Numbered from the stretch's first letter, positions 7,949 through 17,412 are shown. The stretch: DNA of 19,894 nt from Bdellovibrionota bacterium FG-2 (GCA_051382305.1 JBBCAV010000060.1:1-19894), one strand, 5' to 3'. A program made the numbers and translations. The notes: a model not told the origin generated them from the sequence alone.

Positions 7949-8730
7949 TATTTCATCTGGTTCAGATCATCGACTCCGTTGATTTCAGCGCCTCGATCAA
8001 CAAGTAGTCTTATCATCTGACTATTATTCTGAACAGCTGCCAGACTTAAGGCTGAAAGAGTGAATTGAGGAACAAAAAAATGCTGATGGTCTTTTCCTTG
8101 TTCAGTAGCAATAATTTGGAACAAACTATTCGCGGAAGCTCCCTCATTTAAGGCTTGCTCTACTTTATTTACATCTCCATTTAGGATTGCCTGGCCCAAA
8201 CGTAAATCTTCAAGCGTATAACTTTGAAGCGAAACAAGTCCGATTTGAGGTGAGTACTCATTCACAGCAAGACGAACGTCTTTCATCATGCATAGGAAAA
8301 GCTTAGAGGAAACTTTGTAGTGTGAATCATCTAAATCGATCATCGAAAAATACTCATGTAACGCAAACGTCATGAGTGTGCTTTGGTCAGTTCGAATTGT
8401 ATTTAACCTGGTAAAATTGAGTTCAATTAAATGCTGATCAGGATGGTTAACGGCGTCTACTTCTTTGTCATCCAAAAAAGTTTTTTCGACGGCTACCACA
8501 CGAGTTGTGTCGATCGCGTTCTCTAGCTTTGTTAGATCTAATTCAGGAATTCGGCATTGATTGGACGTTTTCAAAAGGGCAAGTGCGCCTCTCGCAAACT
8601 GTGTAAACTCTAGGGCGAAAATTCCGCCACCACCACCACTATAGCCACCCTCAGCCGCATACAGTGAGGCCGACGAGCAACTAAGAACCATCGCAATAAA
8701 TCCGACAAACTTCATCGACTTCATGAACAT
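7870..8730 (-). CDS. Secreted protein with C-terminal ankyrin repeats, probably 3'-truncated
   Basis: Signal peptide ending LYA-AEGGYSGGGGG. Ankyrin-like AILNGDVNKVEQALNEGASAN and SALSLAAVQNNSQMIRLLVDRGAEIN. It breaks at KYTP and runs out of frame over traG DNA. GGGGG RBS. Confidence 0.75.
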   Translation of the reverse strand: MFMKSMKFVGFIAMVLSCSSASLYAAEGGYSGGGGGIFALEFTQFARGALALLKTSNQCRIPELDLTKLENAIDTTRVVAVEKTFLDDKEVDAVNHPDQHLIELNFTRLNTIRTDQSTLMTFALHEYFSMIDLDDSHYKVSSKLFLCMMKDVRLAVNEYSPQIGLVSLQSYTLEDLRLGQAILNGDVNKVEQALNEGASANSLFQIIATEQGKDHQHFFVPQFTLSALSLAAVQNNSQMIRLLVDRGAEINGVDDLNQMKYTPSLHSSFTSPPATFRFSCAHDAHL

Positions 8731-8886
8731 AAATCCCCCAAAAGCTCTGTGCGCTTAGCGCCCGTTTTTTAGCACGAATCGTGCGTCCGAGTCACTAAGT
8801 ACCCGTCTCGATCAATCCCGTAAATATAAAGTTTGTAAAATAGTACACTGATATTTTAGTTATAGTAAAATAACGAAGAAACCGAT

Positions 8887-9705
8887 ATGAAGTTATCGAT
8901 GAGCGCGCTTAAAAATATCTATGAATATCAGGACTATAAAACCTATTTGCTGAAGTTTGCGCAAAGCCAGCCCAGAGGGTTTCGCAAGGATCTCGCGCAC
9001 GCATTAAACTGTCAAACTGCGTATGTTTCTCACGTTTTCAATGGAGAGGCCCACTTCAGCCTAGAACAGGCAGAAGCCCTGGCCCGATTCATTAACCTCA
9101 CGCCCGAAGAAACAAGCTATCTCATGCGCTTGATCGAGTTCACGCGGGCGGGGACCCCTCAGCTTAAGAAATTCATTTCGCGCGAACTTGCCCAATTGAG
9201 AGAAAAGCATCTCCTCATTAAGGATCGTGTAGCGGTGAAAGATTCACTGAGCCGGGAGGATCAAGCCATCTACTACAGTGCTTGGTACTATGCTGCGATT
9301 CATGTGGCTCTCACCATCCCCGCGCTCACTACGCGAGAGGCTCTTTGCCACTATTTTCGTCTTTCTTCCAAAACTGTAACTGAGGTTTTGGAGTTTCTTG
9401 TTTCGGTGGGCCTTGCGACTCAATCGGGAGTTCGCTATCAAATTGGAACCAAACAGATACACCTCGAAAAAGATTCGCCACTTATTTCAAAGCACCATAC
9501 GAATTGGAGAATGCAAGCCGTTAGAGCTTTGGAGCAAATGAAATTCGATGAACTTCATTTCTCATCTGTGTTCACTCTGACCGACCAAGATGCGCAAAAC
9601 ATCCGAGAAATTCTCGTTAAGGCGATTGAATCCGCAGTCGGGATCGTCAAAGTAGCAAAAGAAGAAAAGCTTTTCGCAATGGCCTTGGATCTATTTGAAG
9701 TCTGA
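8887..9705 (+). CDS. TIGR02147 / DUF4423 family HTH protein
   Basis: IYEYQDYKTYL..RKDLAHALNCQTAYVSHVFNGEAHFSLEQA, YYSAWYYAAIHV, SKHHTNWRMQA, FSSVFTL, LDLFEV. 272 aa. The family is expanded in Bdellovibrio and Fibrobacter. Confidence 0.85.
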   Translation: MKLSMSALKNIYEYQDYKTYLLKFAQSQPRGFRKDLAHALNCQTAYVSHVFNGEAHFSLEQAEALARFINLTPEETSYLMRLIEFTRAGTPQLKKFISRELAQLREKHLLIKDRVAVKDSLSREDQAIYYSAWYYAAIHVALTIPALTTREALCHYFRLSSKTVTEVLEFLVSVGLATQSGVRYQIGTKQIHLEKDSPLISKHHTNWRMQAVRALEQMKFDELHFSSVFTLTDQDAQNIREILVKAIESAVGIVKVAKEEKLFAMALDLFEV

Positions 9706-9719
9706 CCTTGCTTGTAAAA

Positions 9720-11060
9720 TTACTTTCCGCAAAACACCCCATCCCCACAATCATTCATCCTCACCGCATGTGACGCCTTGCTCTCAGTCCCGCTTTGCAC
9801 CGATAGATTCGAGCGTGTCGCTTCATCCTGAGCATTGAGACCCTCGGCGGTGATGTATTGCATGATTTCGCCCACAGGTTTGGCCTGTTCTTGGCGCAGG
9901 CGGAGAGTGAGGTCGACTTGATCTTTGAGGCCCTGGCGTTTCTGGTCGATCTCCAATTTTCGATTGGGTGGCAGATTTGGATTTTGGGAGGCCACCGTGA
10001 GCACGTCGATGGAGCGGTTCATATCACGTGTGAAGGCCTGCATCGCCATTGCTTGCGAAAGCTTCAGGCAAATTCGGTCGCGTCTCATCTTGGGGAGGTA
10101 CACAAGGTTTCTGACCACATCGGGAGTGAGCATGGGCGTTTCGTCTTCGCCGGGGGCCGACGGTAGCGCCTTCATTCGGCGCACGATCTCAGCGTCAGTG
10201 ATATATTGCGGGTTGGTCGCGAACTCGGGCAACAATTTTCCACAAAACGCTTGAGCAATTTGTTGCTCCATCGAAATCAAATACGACCTCGGCGAATAGG
10301 CGTGTGATCGCGGGCCGTAATCAACTCGGATATTTCCGTTAGAGAGCACGGTATCGCCCACGATTGATTGGAGAAGTCCTGTGATCCGATTCCCCTCATT
10401 GCCCGAAAAGCCTGCCCAACGGGTCGAGTCGGCGAGGAGATTATTGGGGCGATTAGGATCATCAGACGGGCCGCTCCACGCGCCGGCCTTTTTTTCGAAG
10501 ACGCCATTTTGGCAGGAACCCATGGCGGATTCCATATCACCGCCATTGGCCTCAATCGAGCGATGCACGCAGGGCTGGCGCTCACGGTAGTAGTCTTCCA
10601 CGCGCGAATCGACGTACTTATCCACGATCTGGCATTGATTCAGGCGAAGGCCCGCGAGAAAATTTGCGGAGACCTGCGTGTGTTTGAGGATCGCGCACCA
10701 GGTGGGCGACATATAGCAAGCCGCGAGCATCGGTGCGCTTCCTAGAATGTCCTGCGCCATTCCCTTGAAGTAATCTCCGTTTAGAACCTTGCCAAACGCG
10801 GCCCGCAGAGTTCCGTCGATGTTGATCTTGCCGCAATCGGAGCCTATGGCGAGATTCACTCCGAGATCGACGGGCTTGAGCGTCTCGAAGAGGTCGTTTC
10901 GCCGCTCGGGATTGGGTGCATAAAGGTAGTCCTGGGGTTTGAGTCGGCCCTGCATTCTCATGTCGTGGTTGCCCGAGAATCCAAAGCTATCGGCAGCGCT
11001 GGCTGATGCGCTCGCCATAACCGCTGTCACGATCCACGCAAAGCCTATGGCTTGAATCAT
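9720..11060 (-). CDS. traH: TraH-like periplasmic pilus assembly protein
   Basis: Signal peptide, GSDCGKINIDG (cf. TraH GCGGID), several Cys, C-terminal coiled coil, position before traG-like. ATGA overlap with traC. Confidence 0.65.
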   Translation of the reverse strand: MIQAIGFAWIVTAVMASASASAADSFGFSGNHDMRMQGRLKPQDYLYAPNPERRNDLFETLKPVDLGVNLAIGSDCGKINIDGTLRAAFGKVLNGDYFKGMAQDILGSAPMLAACYMSPTWCAILKHTQVSANFLAGLRLNQCQIVDKYVDSRVEDYYRERQPCVHRSIEANGGDMESAMGSCQNGVFEKKAGAWSGPSDDPNRPNNLLADSTRWAGFSGNEGNRITGLLQSIVGDTVLSNGNIRVDYGPRSHAYSPRSYLISMEQQIAQAFCGKLLPEFATNPQYITDAEIVRRMKALPSAPGEDETPMLTPDVVRNLVYLPKMRRDRICLKLSQAMAMQAFTRDMNRSIDVLTVASQNPNLPPNRKLEIDQKRQGLKDQVDLTLRLRQEQAKPVGEIMQYITAEGLNAQDEATRSNLSVQSGTESKASHAVRMNDCGDGVFCGK

Positions 11061-13684
11061 GAGGAATCCCCTGTTTCCGTCGTGCCTTCTGGAAATCGTG
11101 TAACCAAGTCTTCGAGTGCGCGCAGTGGTTCCGTAGGAAACAGAGCCAGTGTTCGCTCGGCCTCAAGTGCATCGGGTCGGTGGGTAGGCATGAGCCAAAG
11201 CTCATGAGCTGAAGGAACGCTGCGGAACGCGCCAGCAAGGGTCTGCGTCTTGTGAACATAAAAAGCGTCTGCGTAAAGCCCCCGTTCGGTGCGCAGGCTC
11301 TTGACGATTTGAGAGGCGGCTTCATTGAGCAGATCGGAGTTCTTGGCGATGAAATTCACGTTGTCGTCTTTCATCGAAAGGAAAATAAAGTGATCCGCGA
11401 CCGCCCACATCGCTTGACCCGCCGAGGTGTCGAAGTAGTTGCGCGGGTTCGGCGTAAGACCAATCAAAAAGAAGCCAAGCTTGCGGAATGTCTCTGCCGC
11501 ATCGATGACAAAGTCTTTGGCGACAGGATTGTTTCGCCCGAGCATTCCGAGTTCTTCAATAACGATAAACCCGCCACGGCTTCGAGCGTCGGTGTCCTTC
11601 ACTTTGCGACGGATGTCATCCACCACACTCATGGTCATGAGCGTCTGAAGTACAGGCTCGCCCGCGAGGGCATCCAGATCATAAACGTAGAGATCGGCCA
11701 GGGGAGTGGCTCCATGAGCACTCTGAGAACCTCTGAAAAACGGACCATAAACCCCATCTGAGTAAAAGGGGCGGAGCTTTTTGGCGAGATCATCAACCGC
11801 CTGCCCATACTTTTCAAAATCAGTTTGCCCAGTTAAGGTGCCAAGCTGCGAGATCACGTCGTCAATTGAAACATCGGCCGCCTCAAGCGCGTTCGCATCT
11901 GCGCCGAGAAGCTCTCCCTGGACATAACGGACCCCAGCAGTTCTGGTTCGCACGTCGTAGGCCTGTCGGATCGCTTGAGTGATACACGACGTGTGCTCAG
12001 AATCGAAAGCAAAGGTCGGCGAGGTCAGTTGAATCGCAGCGGTCAGGAGCTTGATGAGAAAACCAAGCTTCTCTTCATCTAACGGCCCCCTAAATGGTGA
12101 AAACGGCATGGGCTTACCGTGTTCAAAAACCGTAAGCTCAGATGGGAGGAACTTTGAGAGCATCCCGTAGCTTGTTTTGTGGTCGATTACGAAGATCAGC
12201 GGTTTGGGATCACGTCGCAATTCGCCTAACAGCATTCGGATGACCTGCCCACTCTTGCCTGATCCCGTGTCACCCAAGACCGCAGTCATGTGGGAGTTGC
12301 CGTGGGTTCGTAAAGAAAATGGCACAATTCCGTTTTCACGCGACATAAAAATGGACCCCCCTCCGGCGACCATTGGGCAGCCGCGAAACGTGTCCAGCAC
12401 TGGGCAAAAGTGGACGATATCTGAGGCAAGAATTTTCACGGCACGTTGCGCGGTGTAATCCGCAATCGGGTGATATTGGAGGGGGAGGGCATTGAGCCAG
12501 AGCCCAAAGCCGATTTCTTTTTCGACAAGGGCTTCGCATTCCAAGCGTTGTTGAAAACGGGCCAGACACTCTTGCGTGCGTTGTTCAAGCTCGTCTTGTG
12601 TGTTCCCCTCGATCATTAGCGTAAACGTCATGTTAAGTACGCGGTCGTCTCGCAGGAGTTGGTCTTGGATGTCGTCGATTTCCTTTTTTTGTCTGCGCGC
12701 ACGAGCTGTGGGGGTGTTTTGGAGGAAAAATTCTTTCAACGCAAACTGGCGTTTGACCGCACCCGATTTGGGAAACGATATATTGAGGCAAAGCCGAAAC
12801 GGAAAATCCAGGCCCAGGAAATATGCCATTGCGCCCGGATAGGCGAATGAGGGCGCGTTTTTGAGTGAAATCGTGCGCGTGGTGACGCCTTCGCGCGTGA
12901 TTCCTGGATAATCGATCCGGCTTGGGCAAAAGATGACTTGCTCCGAAAGCGAAAGCCCAGGGTTCACAGGTGCAAACGGGCGCTGATAATACGTGACCGG
13001 GTTGAAGGTCCGCCTCAAATAGTCCGTGAGCTCCGTGGCGTTGATTCGTCGAAGCGCGAGCGGAGAAGTTAACTCAAACTGCGACAGCGAATGATTGAAG
13101 GCCCTTGCGCGTTTCAGAAACGCTTGAAGCTCATGTGAGAGAGTCGCATGAGGATTGCCCAGCTCTGCGGCGGCACGCCCGATTCGCGCCTTTGCCGATG
13201 GCGTTTGTTCAAACTGCCTTACGCTAATATAGAGGGTGCGTCGCATCGGTACACCACTCCCGCGCAGGCGCTCCACTTGAGCCAGATGCAGACTCGCCGG
13301 AATGTCGCCCCGGCTTCGGTCAGTGGGGGTTACAAGCATGTCCCACTCCCGATCAAACTTTGACACGATCGATTGCTCGAAGAGCAACGAGAGCGTGACT
13401 TCTTCGGGAAGCCGAAACCATGAGCGAAGGCCCTCAAGGAGGGTGATGATTTCTTGTGACGTTTTGGTTTCGTGCTCGCAAAGCGCTACTTCATAGACGA
13501 CGCCAAGCGAGCCGTCTTTTTGGCGAAAAAGGCCAAGATCGGTCACGTATTCGTCATAGGAGAGGAAGTTGGCCAGGCTTTCGGGCCGTTCCATGAATGC
13601 GCGCGCGAAGGTTTCGTGATTAGCGAGAGCGGCTTCTATGCTTTTTGGTAGGGGCGTTGCCAAAGAGATTGAAAGATTCTTCAC
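11057..13684 (-). CDS. traC: TraC/VirB4 T4SS ATPase
   Basis: Walker A GDTGSGKS, FVIDHKTSY, Walker B-like FIVIEELG, FRKLG. N-terminal SLANFLSYDEY matches TraC starts. Probable GTG start at 13684. Confidence 0.9.
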   Translation of the reverse strand: MKNLSISLATPLPKSIEAALANHETFARAFMERPESLANFLSYDEYVTDLGLFRQKDGSLGVVYEVALCEHETKTSQEIITLLEGLRSWFRLPEEVTLSLLFEQSIVSKFDREWDMLVTPTDRSRGDIPASLHLAQVERLRGSGVPMRRTLYISVRQFEQTPSAKARIGRAAAELGNPHATLSHELQAFLKRARAFNHSLSQFELTSPLALRRINATELTDYLRRTFNPVTYYQRPFAPVNPGLSLSEQVIFCPSRIDYPGITREGVTTRTISLKNAPSFAYPGAMAYFLGLDFPFRLCLNISFPKSGAVKRQFALKEFFLQNTPTARARRQKKEIDDIQDQLLRDDRVLNMTFTLMIEGNTQDELEQRTQECLARFQQRLECEALVEKEIGFGLWLNALPLQYHPIADYTAQRAVKILASDIVHFCPVLDTFRGCPMVAGGGSIFMSRENGIVPFSLRTHGNSHMTAVLGDTGSGKSGQVIRMLLGELRRDPKPLIFVIDHKTSYGMLSKFLPSELTVFEHGKPMPFSPFRGPLDEEKLGFLIKLLTAAIQLTSPTFAFDSEHTSCITQAIRQAYDVRTRTAGVRYVQGELLGADANALEAADVSIDDVISQLGTLTGQTDFEKYGQAVDDLAKKLRPFYSDGVYGPFFRGSQSAHGATPLADLYVYDLDALAGEPVLQTLMTMSVVDDIRRKVKDTDARSRGGFIVIEELGMLGRNNPVAKDFVIDAAETFRKLGFFLIGLTPNPRNYFDTSAGQAMWAVADHFIFLSMKDDNVNFIAKNSDLLNEAASQIVKSLRTERGLYADAFYVHKTQTLAGAFRSVPSAHELWLMPTHRPDALEAERTLALFPTEPLRALEDLVTRFPEGTTETGDSS

Positions 13685-14131
13685 GGAGTGGTCTCGCTCG
13701 GGGGCGTGCGTGACGGGCGCAGCTTTCTTATATTTATGAGGGCGTTTTGACTTTGTTTCTCGAATCCCCGCGACCGGAGGCGCGTCTTCGTCTGACGCCT
13801 CAAACACCCACTGGTCTTGCGCGATCAAAAGCGAAACGTAGCCGCCCCAGAAATAATCTCGCGTGGGAAGCTCATGAGGGAATACGTAGACTTTGGCAAC
13901 CCGAGGGGAGGCCCGCTTCAAAACGCTGTCCTGCGCACGTTTCCCACGCTGGTAGAGCGCGACTTCGTCGTCATCGGGGGCATCTCCGTAACCCGCCCGA
14001 GAGTCGAGCATTCGAATCGATGGCGCGCGGTTCACGCAGCCGTTACCTGCCGCAAGCAACAGACACGCCCCACAGATGAGGGCGATTGTGCTATTCCATA
14101 AGTCTTGTGAAATGCGAATAAATTGATGCAT
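13681..14131 (-). CDS. traV: TraV-like lipoprotein, lacking its own in-frame stop (reads into traC)
   Basis: GGAG RBS + ATG 14131, lipobox-like LAAGNGC, PRVAKVYVFPHE..DYFWGGYVSLLIAQDQW (TraV-type motif). The TGA at 13683-13681 is one base out of frame. Confidence 0.75.
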
Positions 14132-15431
14132 TTTCCACTCCTTCCTCGCCTTGGGCGAAATAGTCTTTTGGGAGATCCACTGAATCTTGCATGATGATCC
14201 ACACGTCTTGGCCGGACCCGACGTTGATAGTGGGAAGCAAGTTTTGAGCTTGTTTGAGATACCACTGCGTGACTTGGCTTGCTGCCTCAGAAGCGCCACC
14301 TGCGCCAATGTACTTGGCTTGATCGCCGGTGACGATTGATTGCCCGCCGCCAAGGGGTGTTGACTGTTGTGTCGTTTGGGATTGTTGAACGGCCTTGCCG
14401 ATTCCGCTTACGACACTCGATAAAAATGCCATCGCGGCAACGCGGTCTTGCTTGGTGTTGACCGTTCCCATGACGGCGAATGAATTGTCCGCGTCGTCGG
14501 CCACGAAGCCATTGACCTCTCGCTCAAAGAATCCGCCCTTTTTCGAGACGCATGAGAGTTTCACGGCCTGCATCTGCACGCGCTCTGTTGAAAGGTCTCC
14601 TTGGGCTTTGGCAATGGCAAAGCACCCGGTGAGATCCAAGCGTTTGTGGTTGGGGATCACATAAGCGAAATCAAGTTGAAGGAGTGCAGGATAGCTCTTG
14701 CCCTCCGGGGCTTCAACGCCAGTGAGGAGCTTGGCTTTGACGTAGCTTCCGCTTGGGAGCACCACACTTGGGCGTTTGAGATACACGGCGCCTGATGTTT
14801 TCACGGGGAAAGATACGACGTTTACGCCGGCTTTTCCCCCTCTGCGGGGCTTATCGATACCTGAAAGGCCAAAACCACCGGTTGATCGCATGGGAGAGGC
14901 GCGTGAAGTGTGAACCGTGTCGCGTATGGGTGATGGGGCGGGGCTAGGGACTGGGGAAGGCTCGTAGGCCGCAGCACCGTACTGAACTTGGCCAGTCTGC
15001 GGGGATTCTGATGGTGTTGGTACAGGTGCCATTGCCAGCGCGGGTTGCGACGGGCTCCCAGATGGCACAATTGATGGCACGCTAGCGGCCCCAGGCACGG
15101 GCGAGGCTGCGCCGGTTTGAATCTGACTAAGTTGTCCCCGAAGTTTGGTAACTTCTTCTTGAAGGACCTTTTGCGTTTCGAGGATTTCTTTTTGCTGACG
15201 ACTAAATAGAGTCTGCTCACCTTGCAGTACTTTTTCGCCGGGGTTGCCGAGGATGCTGGAATGCTTGAAGTCAGGAATTCCATCGGTGCGAACGAGTATT
15301 CGGGTTTGTTCAGTTCCCGTGGCATACGATAGAACGACTGCGAGAGACGCGAGGCCACCGCATACCGCAAGGAGTTTGCGATGCTTCTGAATTACAGCCT
15401 TAAAACGGGTGAAATCGCGATCAAACCTCAC
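14091..15431 (-). CDS. traB: TraB/VirB10 family core-complex protein
   Basis: N-terminal TM, coiled coil, Pro-rich linker, LPSGSYVKAKLLTGVEAP, GCFAIAKAQGDLSTERVQMQAVKLSCV. Confidence 0.92.
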   Translation of the reverse strand: MRFDRDFTRFKAVIQKHRKLLAVCGGLASLAVVLSYATGTEQTRILVRTDGIPDFKHSSILGNPGEKVLQGEQTLFSRQQKEILETQKVLQEEVTKLRGQLSQIQTGAASPVPGAASVPSIVPSGSPSQPALAMAPVPTPSESPQTGQVQYGAAAYEPSPVPSPAPSPIRDTVHTSRASPMRSTGGFGLSGIDKPRRGGKAGVNVVSFPVKTSGAVYLKRPSVVLPSGSYVKAKLLTGVEAPEGKSYPALLQLDFAYVIPNHKRLDLTGCFAIAKAQGDLSTERVQMQAVKLSCVSKKGGFFEREVNGFVADDADNSFAVMGTVNTKQDRVAAMAFLSSVVSGIGKAVQQSQTTQQSTPLGGGQSIVTGDQAKYIGAGGASEAASQVTQWYLKQAQNLLPTINVGSGQDVWIIMQDSVDLPKDYFAQGEEGVENASIYSHFTRLME

Positions 15432-16255
15432 TTTTTGTCCCTCTCACTCTTCAGCGCCACGGGTAGGATGATTCGTTGAGAGGACGCGCCTGGACGAGCC
15501 ACCACACGGAGATAGGCTTCGCGCTCCTCGGGAGTTTTGCCGCCGATGAACGCGCGGTCCACTTGGGCTAAGATGGCGAGGTTGGGTTGACCTATGGCTA
15601 AGGCGTCGAGGGAGATTTCAAAGCTGCTTTCTTTGAGGCCGGTTTTAAGGATGTAGACGTAACCGTTCATGTCGTGGCCTCGGTACACTCGTTTCAACTC
15701 AGCGGTGAGGTTGGGCGATCCCAGCGAGATGGGTTGCGAGTAATTTGTGGAATTAAACCCTGCCACCTGATCGCCACGAATCATCGCGCGCATGAGATCC
15801 AATTCTGAGATCACGATCGGGTCTGCGTGGTCTTTGAGGTTTGGGTTTGTGTCGCCCAGTTCTAACTTAGCTTTGAAATCATAAATCGAGTCGCGTTTGA
15901 GGTTCGAGCGAGTTGCCACTACGAGCTGGGTTCGAATCGGCGTGCCGTCGGAGAGCAAAAATGTCACGTCAGCGGAGCCCTCGGCGAATCTCGGTTTTAC
16001 CGTTAAAACGCTGTAATCCGGCTCATCTGCGTTTGCCGGGCGGATGTCGAACTTGCTCGCTTCAGTGATTGTTTTTACTTCCATGGGAAACCGAAAGATT
16101 GTTTCAGTCCCAAATGCGACGGGAATGGTCTCTCGCGCTTTTCCAAACACAATGTCGCGTGCGAGAGCAGAATGGGTCGCAAAAATTATAGTGAACAGTA
16201 GCGGCGGAACCAATTGAACAACCCGAGTAATATGAAATACAGCGTTATTTCCCAT
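15428..16255 (-). CDS. traK: TraK/VirB9-like outer-membrane core protein
   Basis: Signal peptide, TIFRFP..LTVKP..ELDLMRAM pattern, position between traE and traB, GGAGG RBS. Confidence 0.75.
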   Translation of the reverse strand: MGNNAVFHITRVVQLVPPLLFTIIFATHSALARDIVFGKARETIPVAFGTETIFRFPMEVKTITEASKFDIRPANADEPDYSVLTVKPRFAEGSADVTFLLSDGTPIRTQLVVATRSNLKRDSIYDFKAKLELGDTNPNLKDHADPIVISELDLMRAMIRGDQVAGFNSTNYSQPISLGSPNLTAELKRVYRGHDMNGYVYILKTGLKESSFEISLDALAIGQPNLAILAQVDRAFIGGKTPEEREAYLRVVARPGASSQRIILPVALKSERDKK

Positions 16256-17087
16256 TGATTCCTCCTTGAGTGAGTCCTGACTTCACGCGGAATGCGTTAG
16301 CGTCTTGGCTCGTGAGCTTGATGATTTCGAGATACCAGCGTTTGCCGGCCTTGGGCGGAACGAGGCGCATGACCATTTCGATCACGATGTCCGTAGAGCC
16401 CAAGTGTTCATTGTTGGCGAAGGTGTCCTTGCGACCCACCGCCGTGACTTGGTAGTAGCCGTCTTGGTTCGTGCGGATTTCTTTTTGGGTAACGCTCAAG
16501 ATCTGCGCGATGGCTTCATTCTTTACGCGCGCGACCCAGCTTGAGGATTCCATCTCGAATTGGACCCGTAGTTCAGGGCTCATGCTGTCAGTGAGGCGTG
16601 CGTATTGCTCAGTGATGTTGACGGAGTTGAAGGTGCCAAAAGTCTGAAGAAATTCCATTGCGGCGTTTTGAATGTGAGACTCTGGAACGCTTTGGGGTGC
16701 AACGGGGGTGAAGTCCAGGACGCCTGGGGCGAGAATGAATTCTTTTTCGCGGAGCTTGACGTTTAAGTGCGAGACCTCAATGCGGGAGGTAAGAAAAAGT
16801 GCGGCAAAGGCGACAGACACAAGTGCGAGCGCGTATTGGAGTGACAGCTTTTCTCTAACGAGCGCAGCTCGGTAGCAAATATATTTTGGAAGTATTCGCA
16901 GATCGACGCCGCCGACAACATGGGCGGGGGGAGTTTGAAGGCGTGCGGCTTCGAACCCTTTTTCCATAGGGCCGACGACGTTCGCGTGAAAGGCGAAGGC
17001 GGCTCTTTGGCTTGCGCGTGAGACCGTTGCTTTGGCTTCTGCGCCGAATTGACCTGATTTGGCTTTGATCTTAGTAATCCATTCCAT
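16245..17087 (-). CDS. traE: TraE/VirB8-like protein
   Basis: Single TM followed by ILAPG and a VirB8-like alpha/beta periplasmic domain. Lies between traL and traK. GGGAG RBS before ATG 17087. Confidence 0.75.
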   Translation of the reverse strand: MEWITKIKAKSGQFGAEAKATVSRASQRAAFAFHANVVGPMEKGFEAARLQTPPAHVVGGVDLRILPKYICYRAALVREKLSLQYALALVSVAFAALFLTSRIEVSHLNVKLREKEFILAPGVLDFTPVAPQSVPESHIQNAAMEFLQTFGTFNSVNITEQYARLTDSMSPELRVQFEMESSSWVARVKNEAIAQILSVTQKEIRTNQDGYYQVTAVGRKDTFANNEHLGSTDIVIEMVMRLVPPKAGKRWYLEIIKLTSQDANAFRVKSGLTQGGINGK

Positions 17088-17100
17088 TGATAAGCTCCCG

Positions 17101-17412
17101 TCAGTCCGACATCGGGCGATCACGCCCTGGATTTGTGAGCCCCGGCAACTGAACGCCTGCGCGGCTGTAGGGCCAATGAAAGATCATGCCGCGGTTGAAG
17201 TTGCGGCGAACGTAGGGGAGGCCGACGAGCGCGGTGACGAGAAGCACGCAAAGAAGCGCCCACTGGTAGAACATGGCTCCGAAAATGAGAATGAGTCCGA
17301 GCGCGATGAAGACCTCTGATAGTTCCCAGAACTCAAGCACCATGACAGGCGAGTCGAGAGTTTGGTTTACGGGGCGCCCTAAGGTACGTTTCATATTAGT
17401 GTAATCACGCAT
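17101..17412 (-). CDS. traL: TraL-like small membrane protein
   Basis: ~100 aa, LDSPVMVLEFWELSE then two TMs, then RGMIFHWPY. Follows the pilin. Confidence 0.75.
   Translation of the reverse strand: MRDYTNMKRTLGRPVNQTLDSPVMVLEFWELSEVFIALGLILIFGAMFYQWALLCVLLVTALVGLPYVRRNFNRGMIFHWPYSRAGVQLPGLTNPGRDRPMSD

Noticed and set aside
8770-8786. sigma54 promoter for the ankyrin or TIGR02147 gene
   Set aside because: GCAC-N5-GTGC spacing fits, but the invariant -24 GG is missing on both strands. Kept only as a palindrome.
14132-14353. N-terminal 74 aa of the 1098-aa track ORF
   Set aside because: Lies wholly within traB in another frame. The RBS and lipoprotein signal point to ATG 14131.
14880-15110. 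Pro/Ser-rich repeats in traB
   Set aside because: Normal periplasm-spanning linker of TraB/VirB10 proteins.
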